Shown piece by piece: positions 34,928-41,644 of a stretch of DNA of 41,644 nt. The notes below the pieces were generated by a model that did no database searches, was not told where the DNA came from, and saw only the letters and a program-made list of their open reading frames with translations. Source of the stretch: a virus (lineage: Duplodnaviria; Caudoviricetes); the IMG/VR virus record IMGVR_UViG_3300050150_000071, positions 1 to 41,644 of that record; one strand, 5' to 3'. The stretch's first letter is position 1; each line of letters begins with the position of its first letter. The position numbers were made by a program, and so were the translations under genes.

Positions 34928-35809
34928 TCATGCGGCACCCCCGTTGCCCCGAGCCTGCAGGCGGGCGCGCTGCTCTTGAATGGCCTGCTCGACGTTGGCC
35001 ACCAGGCGCCGCTCGACCACCTCACCCACCACGCGGTTGAACTCGAAGCGCACGGCATAGCTAACCGACTTGACGAACAGGAACACCGGCCGCAGCTTGC
35101 CCGTGCGGCCCAGGCCCAGCTTGGCGCCGAAGTCTCGCGCCTCAGCGAGGTAGATGCCCGGGGCCAGGCGCCCCTTGCGCTGCACCACGGCCACATACTG
35201 ACCACCAGCGCGACCAAGGGCGCGGCGGCGCTTGGCCTGGGCGCCTTTGCGTTTGTCATGTGGGCCAACGGTGCGGTTGTTGTAACCCGACAGCAGTTCG
35301 GTGCCCACCTGGGCCACGATCTGCTGAATCTGGCCACGGCTAACGTTGCCGAATGCATCGAGGCGGGCAGCCGAATTGCTGCCCGTAGCCGGCACTGCGC
35401 GCCAGCCCTTGGGCATGGCTCCAGCAGCCTGCAGCGCCAATTCAAAGCGCTTGGTGTTGCGGCCCCCACCTTCGACTTGAGGTGTCAGGTATGCACTGGC
35501 CGGCGTGTTCCCTTGTCCTGCAGAGCTGTAGCGCTGAACAGAACCACGGATGTCTGTGATCGCCTCGATATCAAACCCGACTTCAGCAACCAATTGCTCA
35601 GCTGTTGCCATGGTGTGTCGGAGCTGCCCTTGCGTGTAGGGCGTGGGCTTGTCGATGACGCGCATCAGCTCAGCCTTGGCGGCTGTCTTGCCTTCGACGG
35701 CAGTTCGGGTCAAGCCCGTGGCCAGCGTGGCATTGATGTGCCGCTCGCTGAAGCCTTCCATGTCGGCCCTGAACAGGGCTTCGCCCCGGCCTTCGAACTT
35801 GAGGATCAT
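34928..35809 (-). CDS. gpZ-like neck/tail completion protein
   Basis: ATGLTRTA...IDKPTPYT...YLTPQVEGGGR..KRFE...LDAFGN pattern; basic. Confidence 0.6.
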   Translation of the reverse strand: MILKFEGRGEALFRADMEGFSERHINATLATGLTRTAVEGKTAAKAELMRVIDKPTPYTQGQLRHTMATAEQLVAEVGFDIEAITDIRGSVQRYSSAGQGNTPASAYLTPQVEGGGRNTKRFELALQAAGAMPKGWRAVPATGSNSAARLDAFGNVSRGQIQQIVAQVGTELLSGYNNRTVGPHDKRKGAQAKRRRALGRAGGQYVAVVQRKGRLAPGIYLAEARDFGAKLGLGRTGKLRPVFLFVKSVSYAVRFEFNRVVGEVVERRLVANVEQAIQEQRARLQARGNGGAA

Positions 35810-35829
35810 GCTGCTGCCCCTTGAAAGCT

Positions 35830-36133
35830 GTCCCACCTCGACGCGCCGCAAAGGTGGGACGGATAGGTGGGACGGAAAAAACCGTTTAGAGACAATGACT
35901 TGTCCCACGTCCCACCTGTTTTGATGAAATTGAGGGTTGTGCACACGTAGGCGCACACATGCGCCTGCACGCCCCCGCGCCCCTGCACACACACGCATGC
36001 CCGCACCCACACACGAAAAAGGTGGGACGGTGGGACGGATCGAGAAAATCCGTTTGAAATCATGGACTTAATCCGTCCCACCTCTGTTTTAACAAGGTGG
36101 GACGAGGTGGGACGGCTGAACAAGGTGGGACGG
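35830..36133. repeat. iteron cluster, probable replication origin
   Basis: 11 copies of GTGGGAC (7 direct, 4 inverted), mostly AGGTGGGACGG, directly downstream of the primase-helicase. Confidence 0.75.
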
Positions 36134-36134
36134 C

Positions 36135-38495
36135 TCAAAATGCTGTCTCCTCATCCATCGAGGAATGGACTGGACCACCAGCCTCATCCGCCGAACCATC
36201 CTCTGGAGGGGCAGGGCGCCAGTAGCGCCACAGCCGATGCCCGCTGGTGTCGCGCCTGCGCACCCACCCCAGCTTGTGCATCACGATGCCGATGCGCGTG
36301 GCCATGCTGCGGCCCGCATCGATCTTGTCTGGGTGAACCATGCAGGCCTTCAGCAGCAGCTCGCTGACCGTGAAGGACTTCGACATGCGTTGATCGAGCT
36401 GATCCACCCACAAGGCCACCAGCTCAAGCCAGGGGTCTTGAATCTCACGCTCGTTCTGCACCGGCTCAATGTGCAGCTTCGATTCCTCCCGGGTGGGCCA
36501 GTAGCGGGCGCCAGGCTGGGCCAGCAAGTGCTTGGCTTCAGCAAACAGCTGATCGCGGATGCGCGCCAGGATGTCCAGCCGCAACTCACCCACGGCCACC
36601 GGCCAAAAGCGCCGGGCCCCGGTGCTGTCCTTGAGGTACTGATCCTGGTTCGTGGTGCCGCCCAGCACACAGCTGCGCGGGCGGGTCACATGGCGCCGGG
36701 TGTAGGGCTCACGCACGCGGTCGGCCCGGCTGGTCACGTAGCTCTTGACCGCCGTGACCTCACTGCGGTTGAACGAGTCCATCTCGGCGATCTCGTACAA
36801 CCAGATGCCGGCCAGGGCCAACATCGCATCCTTGTCGCCGATCTTCGGGGGCGTGTCGGCAAACCAGGCATCGCTGGCAAGGATGCGCAGCGCCGTGCTC
36901 TTGCCCTCGCCCTGCCGGCCCTCCAGGCAGATCATGGAGTCCATCTGGCTGCCCGGGTTCAGCACCCGATTGACCATGCCCATAACGAACCAGGTGCCCA
37001 CCATGGAGTGATAGGTTGATTCTTCGGCGCCCAGGCATTCATGCAGCCAGTGCTTGAGCCGGTCTTCGCCGTCCCACGTCAACGGCTCCAGGTACTTGCG
37101 CACCGGGTGGAACTTGGCGCGCCATGCCGCCATGCCCACGCCCGCGATGATCGTGTTCTCGCTGCGGATGGTCAGGCCCTCATTGAGCATGAGCCACAGC
37201 CCCAGCTCCAGATCGTCGTTGGTGCTCCACTCGCCACCGGGTGAGCTCCACGGTGGTGTCCTGAGCTTGACGATCTGGTAGGCGAACTCATCAAACGCCA
37301 CCAAGCCCTTCAGATCGGGGTGATGGCTCAGCAAGTGGAAGACGTTCTCACGGCAGTCCTTCAGGCCACCGCCATCGGTTCGGCCCAGCACCTTGCGCCA
37401 GCGGTCATCGTCATCATCGGCACCCCCCGAGCCCTTGGCGGAGCCCGGCGCAGGGGTAGATTCGACTTCAGCCGCAGGCTTCTTCCCCCCACGCCCGGCT
37501 TGCGCTGGCCCAGGCCTTGTCGCGGCCTTGATGGCCTTCGTCATCTGGACGCCCAGCTGGGCAGCCAACCAGACCAAGGCTTCGTGCTCGCTCAGGCCAC
37601 GCCACTCCACCACCAGGTCGATGGCACTGCGGCGGCCTTCCTTGGCGTCACCCATGTCATGCACGCCGAAATCGCGGATGCCATCGCGGGTGATGGACAG
37701 GTCTTCTTCCAGGCCTGAGCGGCCGGGCAGATCCGCCTGGCGCACCCGAAAGCCCTGATCCACGCGGCGCGCCGTGGGAAACAGCGCCGGCACCCAGGCA
37801 TCCAGCAGCGCCAAGGCCATGGCGTTGACGCGCTGGAAATCATTGGGCCCCTGGGGTTGATCTGACGGCGAAGGCGCCACGCTGCGCGGCTGGGCGCCAG
37901 ACTTCACGCGGGCAGCGGCCTTGGAGCGCTCAATCAGCGCCTTCAGGCGGTCCAGCGTGTCGGCTGGCAGCGGCTGGCATTGGTCTGGGGCGCCTGTCCA
38001 CACCCTGCCGGTGCACGTGAAGAACTGCCGCCCGCAGAACACCTCCACGCCGATGCGGTTGTCCTTGAAGGAAGCCGTCTCGCCCAAGGCGATGATGTGC
38101 ACACCCTTGCCCGAGGGCGACAGCTCGGTGTAGCTGCCTGATGCCGCGATGATGTCGGCGCAACGCTGGGTGACCTCGCCCGTGTCCGGGTCGATGGCGC
38201 CATCGATGTCGATGCCCACCAGGCCATCACCAGGCAGGAAGGCAAAGCCCACGCCATCCCAGCGGCCCGAGGCCAGCGCGGCCAGGGCGTCATCGAAGCT
38301 GGCCAATGCAGCCCGATCGGCCTCATCACCCTGCTTGCCCTGGCGCTTGCGGCCATTGACGTAATAGGGCACCTTGCGCGGCTTCTTGTCGCCCGCGTAT
38401 TCCTCGAAGCGCCACAGCAGCCACTGCCCCAGCGCCTTCATGGCCTGGGGCATGGCGCCCAGCTGCTCGACCAAGGTCACGATGTTGTCGCGCAC
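36135..38495 (-). CDS. primase-polymerase/VapE-type helicase fusion
   Basis: N-terminal QWLLWR...KVPY...GIDID...ELSPSGKGVH prim-pol; C-terminal FHPVR, GRQGEGKST, EIAEMD and GTTN...DSTGARRFWP. Confidence 0.92.
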   Translation of the reverse strand: MRDNIVTLVEQLGAMPQAMKALGQWLLWRFEEYAGDKKPRKVPYYVNGRKRQGKQGDEADRAALASFDDALAALASGRWDGVGFAFLPGDGLVGIDIDGAIDPDTGEVTQRCADIIAASGSYTELSPSGKGVHIIALGETASFKDNRIGVEVFCGRQFFTCTGRVWTGAPDQCQPLPADTLDRLKALIERSKAAARVKSGAQPRSVAPSPSDQPQGPNDFQRVNAMALALLDAWVPALFPTARRVDQGFRVRQADLPGRSGLEEDLSITRDGIRDFGVHDMGDAKEGRRSAIDLVVEWRGLSEHEALVWLAAQLGVQMTKAIKAATRPGPAQAGRGGKKPAAEVESTPAPGSAKGSGGADDDDDRWRKVLGRTDGGGLKDCRENVFHLLSHHPDLKGLVAFDEFAYQIVKLRTPPWSSPGGEWSTNDDLELGLWLMLNEGLTIRSENTIIAGVGMAAWRAKFHPVRKYLEPLTWDGEDRLKHWLHECLGAEESTYHSMVGTWFVMGMVNRVLNPGSQMDSMICLEGRQGEGKSTALRILASDAWFADTPPKIGDKDAMLALAGIWLYEIAEMDSFNRSEVTAVKSYVTSRADRVREPYTRRHVTRPRSCVLGGTTNQDQYLKDSTGARRFWPVAVGELRLDILARIRDQLFAEAKHLLAQPGARYWPTREESKLHIEPVQNEREIQDPWLELVALWVDQLDQRMSKSFTVSELLLKACMVHPDKIDAGRSMATRIGIVMHKLGWVRRRDTSGHRLWRYWRPAPPEDGSADEAGGPVHSSMDEETAF

Positions 38496-38583
38496 TCAGC
38501 AGACCTCAGCAACGAAATGGCGGGGGCTCAGGTCGTGGCAGGATTCGCTTTCCACAACGTCACCATTCACGACAGGAGCCCCC

Positions 38584-38889
38584 ATGGAATTACCCGAAAT
38601 TCTTGGCATTGCTTGGTACGAACTGGAGGACTTCGCCGAGATCAAGGCCCTGATGAAAGACGGCCACCTTCTGCCGGCGACCTACTCCCTCTGGCGGCTC
38701 CAGGCCGAAGCAGCCGAACGCAAGTTCTGCAGGCAGGGCCACAAGGTGACCCGCGCGCACATCAGGCCCGCTGAGTTCGTCGAGTGGTGCCGGGCCCGGG
38801 GCCTGGATGTCGATGCCAAGGGCCGCACGGCATTTGCCTCCTTCATCGCGAAAGAAGCCAATACCGACGACACAGGCACACGCCACTGA
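38584..38889 (+). CDS. hypothetical protein (counter-oriented moron)
   Basis: CAGGAG RBS; GIAWYELED...FVEWCRARGLDVDAKGR. Confidence 0.75.
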   Translation: MELPEILGIAWYELEDFAEIKALMKDGHLLPATYSLWRLQAEAAERKFCRQGHKVTRAHIRPAEFVEWCRARGLDVDAKGRTAFASFIAKEANTDDTGTRH

Positions 38890-38929
38890 GTCGACAAACA
38901 AACCATCACCAGTCAAGAAGGAAGACCTC

Positions 38930-39442
38930 ATGGAACCAACCAGTTCTTCATCGTTGCTGGACCGTGCCTACCAACTGGCGCTGCTCCAGATGGGGCAGCG
39001 GGCCTATCCGGGCAACATCGAACGCCATCACATGCAGGATCTGCAAGAAAGCACCGACAAGCAGCGGCACCAGTTCAACTTGGTTTACCTGATCGAGCAC
39101 GGCCTGATGGCGGGCCAGGTCACCGTCAACCCGAACAACTCGGTGACGATCAAGTGCCCGCGCCTGACCAAAGACGGCGTTGACTTTCTGCAAGCCGATG
39201 GCGGCCTGAGCGCGATCCTGGGAGTCACCACGATCAGGCTTCATCGCAGCGACCTTGAGCGGCTGATTGAAGAACGGATCCAGCTTCAGCCAGATCTAAG
39301 CCCTGCCGATAAGACTCGATTCGTTGATCAGCTTCGATCGCTGCCTGCCGACGCCACCAAACAGGTGACAGTCGAACTACTGACTCGGGGACTGGACCAG
39401 CTGCCGAACGTACTTCAGTACATTCGAACATTTCTGGGTTAG
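38930..39442 (+). CDS. wHTH-like hypothetical protein (counter-oriented moron)
   Basis: NLVYLIEHGL...LTKDGVDFLQADGGLSAILGV. Confidence 0.75.
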   Translation: MEPTSSSSLLDRAYQLALLQMGQRAYPGNIERHHMQDLQESTDKQRHQFNLVYLIEHGLMAGQVTVNPNNSVTIKCPRLTKDGVDFLQADGGLSAILGVTTIRLHRSDLERLIEERIQLQPDLSPADKTRFVDQLRSLPADATKQVTVELLTRGLDQLPNVLQYIRTFLG

Positions 39443-39598
39443 CCGCCACAGGCTCGAACTTGAGCCAACCCTTGCGGCAGCCGATGGGCACCCAAAAGAC
39501 GGGCGGCGCATCCACAGCGCCCTCAATGACCAAAGCGTTGGGATGAAACACCACCGCATCGGCCATCAAGGCTGCCTGGCTCCATGCAGCCATGCCGC

Positions 39599-40012
39599 TC
39601 ATGCCGCCCCCCCCACCACCCGCATGTCCACCGCCCGAAGCCGCTGCAGGCGCTCCAGGGTGGACATGGCGCTGGCCAGCGTGGCGCTGGCGGTTTCGAT
39701 GACGGAGGTGACGCGGTCGACCTCTTCGGCGCGGGTGATGGGGTGGGCATCGAAGCCCACCTCACCGGCCAGCCACACGAAGGGGGCATAGCAGCCCACA
39801 TCCTTGGCGCGGGCCAGGATGAACATCACCTGGGTAATGTCCAGCTTTTCGGCGCGGCCAGGGTTGAGGCAGTCCAACAGCAAGCGACTGGCCTGGTCGA
39901 TGGTCTTGTCGGGCCACAGCATGGGGCCGACCTTCTTGGAGCCACCCAGGGCGGACACTGCGGCCTTGAGGGCATCTTCAGGGCCCTCATAGAAGGGCAT
40001 GTCGACTTGCAT
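39599..40012 (-). CDS. CII-like phage regulatory protein
   Basis: ALKAAVSALGGSKKVG...LLDCLNPGRAEKL; position after cro. Confidence 0.65.
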   Translation of the reverse strand: MQVDMPFYEGPEDALKAAVSALGGSKKVGPMLWPDKTIDQASRLLLDCLNPGRAEKLDITQVMFILARAKDVGCYAPFVWLAGEVGFDAHPITRAEEVDRVTSVIETASATLASAMSTLERLQRLRAVDMRVVGGAA

Positions 40013-40139
40013 ACGATCCTTTCCGAAAAGAGATCAGCTGATTCGGAAGCACTCGGAAAGACTTCCGAAGGCAAAAAAAAGAGACTGGCGACATGAACAA
40101 GCACACAGTCCTTGCTAGCGCCAATCTGCTAAAGATGGC

Positions 40140-40352
40140 TTACATTTGGGGAGGGGTTGAAGCAACTACGCTGTTGAACACGTCAGGGCGCTTCAACTCC
40201 AGAAATTGCTTCCAAGCCTTGGGGATCCCGCCAGATCGCCACTGGCTTACCGCCTGTGGGGTAATGCCAGCGCAGAGCGCCGCTGTTTTCGAAGTGCCGC
40301 CAAGGGCATCGATCAGCCGGTTGTCTTGGTCGAGTCGGTCAGAGGTAGACAT
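40140..40352 (-). CDS. cro: Cro-like repressor
   Basis: IDALGGTSKTAALCAGITPQAVSQWRSGGIP HTH; divergent from cI. Confidence 0.85.
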   Translation of the reverse strand: MSTSDRLDQDNRLIDALGGTSKTAALCAGITPQAVSQWRSGGIPKAWKQFLELKRPDVFNSVVASTPPQM

Positions 40353-40356
40353 GCCA

Positions 40357-40408
40357 AAATTAAAGCACGCTTTCGATTCAATCGCAAGCAAAACGCAAGC
40401 AAGCTTGC
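40357..40408 (-). promoter_or_regulatory. PR/OR region
   Basis: Minus strand TTGCGA-N17-TTTAAT; operators AAGC-NN-GCTT at 40363-40372 and 40397-40406. Confidence 0.75.
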
Positions 40409-40434
40409 ATGCTCCTCTTCAAGAATCGGAGGTG

Positions 40435-41184
40435 ATGAACCTTCAAACGAGACTCAACCAGGTTGCAATGCACTTGATCGAGGCCAAGTTGTGCTCCACT
40501 AGGACCTGGAAACGCAAGATGGCCGATGCTGCTGGCTGCAGCTATCAAAACATCCGGCAGGCCGCCATCGGTGATCAAGTCACCATGGATGAGGTCTATC
40601 TCCGCAGGATCGCGGGCTGGGCTGGCGTGAGTGAACGCTTCATGGTCCTTGGAGTTGGGCCAATGCTCCCCCGTGAGCCCTCTTCATCCACCATGCAAAA
40701 TGAAGCGCTCCCCACTTTGGGGGAAAGCGCTCATCTTGTCGCCGAAGCAAGCAAGCTCTACTTGCAAGGCCCCTTGCGGATTGAGTCACCCCAAGTTACA
40801 AAGCAACGACGCGCCCCGCTAATTGAATGGGCGCGCTTGGGAGATGAGTTGCCCGTCGACAACATTGATGTAGATGCACAAGTTCATCTACCTGTCTCGG
40901 AAGGAGTGTCCAGGTTCGCCAAGTGGGCCACCTCGCCGAATAGCTACCCACGCTTTGGGATCAGGAGCGGCTATCGGCTGCTGTTTGACCGAATAACCAA
41001 GTCAGAGTGTATTGATGGAGACATCTACCTCTTTGAGACCGTGAGCGGGTCCCTTTTCCTTGGTGAATACCGGCGACTCACTGCCGGCCACTTCGAAGCT
41101 GTGCCCGATGCCGGCCCACCGATGGACAGCCAACGCCATGGGATCAAGCTCGTTGCAGAGCTGATCGGCATCTACAAAAAATGA
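40435..41184 (+). CDS. cI: CI-like repressor with degenerate S24 domain
   Basis: KMADAAGCSYQNIRQ HTH...IAGWAGVSERFMVLGVGPM; C-terminal PLIEW S24-like domain; divergent from cro. Confidence 0.8.
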   Translation: MNLQTRLNQVAMHLIEAKLCSTRTWKRKMADAAGCSYQNIRQAAIGDQVTMDEVYLRRIAGWAGVSERFMVLGVGPMLPREPSSSTMQNEALPTLGESAHLVAEASKLYLQGPLRIESPQVTKQRRAPLIEWARLGDELPVDNIDVDAQVHLPVSEGVSRFAKWATSPNSYPRFGIRSGYRLLFDRITKSECIDGDIYLFETVSGSLFLGEYRRLTAGHFEAVPDAGPPMDSQRHGIKLVAELIGIYKK

Positions 41185-41203
41185 CTTACTCCAGGAGGCT
41201 CGC

Positions 41204-41539
41204 ATGCCATTTGTACTTTTTGTTTCATGGATCTCGTTAGCGATCTTCGTCGGCATTTATGCCAAGAGGACACACCGCTCAAACGGCATGTGGATCGTAT
41301 TGGCGCTGATTTTTAGCCCCCTCATGACGTGGCTACTGTTGCTGGCACTTGGGCCAGCAGAGCCATCAACAACCACCCATCAGCAATGCGGCGCCTGCAT
41401 GGAGTGGATGCCTGCCGCCGCCACTAAGTGCAAGCACTGCGGCAGCGTTATGCCATCTGCGCCCATTGAGCCAAGCTCCATGGCCGTCCCCCTGAATCAA
41501 GCCGCCCAAGGAACCTCACTGGACGAATTCCAAGGGTAG
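41204..41539 (+). CDS. membrane protein with zinc ribbon (rex/immunity position)
   Basis: GGAGG RBS; two TM segments, then CGAC...CKHC. Confidence 0.75.
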   Translation: MPFVLFVSWISLAIFVGIYAKRTHRSNGMWIVLALIFSPLMTWLLLLALGPAEPSTTTHQQCGACMEWMPAAATKCKHCGSVMPSAPIEPSSMAVPLNQAAQGTSLDEFQG

Positions 41540-41545
41540 AGCTGT

Positions 41546-41602
41546 CAAAACGCAAGCAAGCTTTAATTTGCTTGCGCTTCAATTGAAAGCATGCTTTAAT
41601 TT
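41546..41602 (+). promoter_or_regulatory. PL/OL region
   Basis: TTGCGC-N17-TTTAAT (41572-41600). 41546-41563 is identical to 40389-40406, and 41585-41602 matches the reverse complement of 40357-40374 at 17/18. Confidence 0.8.
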
Positions 41603-41628
41603 CTCCTGTGCCAACACAGGAGCGATTG

Positions 41629-41644
41629 ATGCACGCAACCACCC
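41629..41644 (+). CDS. 5' end of DGR target protein 1 (continues at base 1)
   Basis: CAGGAG RBS; ATG CAC GCA ACC ACC C + CC TAC gives MHATTPYALILL... Confidence 0.85.

Larger units (their letters stand above)
1..41644. mobile_element. Complete circular temperate siphophage genome (lambdoid, cos-type)
   Basis: Integrase, repressor/cro, replication, packaging, head, tail and lysis modules are all present. The window end (ATG 41629...ACC C) joins CC TAC at base 1 in frame. Confidence 0.9.

Noticed and set aside
39234-39602. Minus-strand 122-aa ORF after the cII-like gene
   Set aside because: It has ATGA coupling but overlaps the better-supported + strand gene by about 210 nt; it may be a remnant, so it was not called.

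Overview
The window appears to be a complete circular genome of a temperate, GC-rich lambdoid siphophage, probably from a Betaproteobacterial (Burkholderiales-like) host; the host is an inference from gene content. The last 16 nt join in frame to base 1 to give one intact gene. The + strand early arm runs from a PL-like promoter at about 41570 round to 13564. It carries a dNMP kinase, YfdP/YfdQ-like genes, an AlpA-type Xis, a GNAT, a C5 DNA methyltransferase and a DHH phosphoesterase. It also carries a complete diversity-generating retroelement (avd, TR, RT) with two small non-structural DUF1566/CLec-like targets, one of them 9 kb from the RT. It ends in an integron-like array: three canonical attC sites plus an attI-like site, no IntI, and all cassette genes inverted relative to the attC polarity. 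A P4-type tyrosine integrase and a probable attP follow. The - strand carries cro/cII-like genes, a primase-helicase with iteron origin, cos, terminases, a Mor-like activator, portal, a capsid-cement/beta-helix fusion, a protease-capsid fusion, tail genes with an unusually small tail-tip module, and a holin/endolysin/spanin cassette. All product calls come from motif recognition and synteny, not from database searches.
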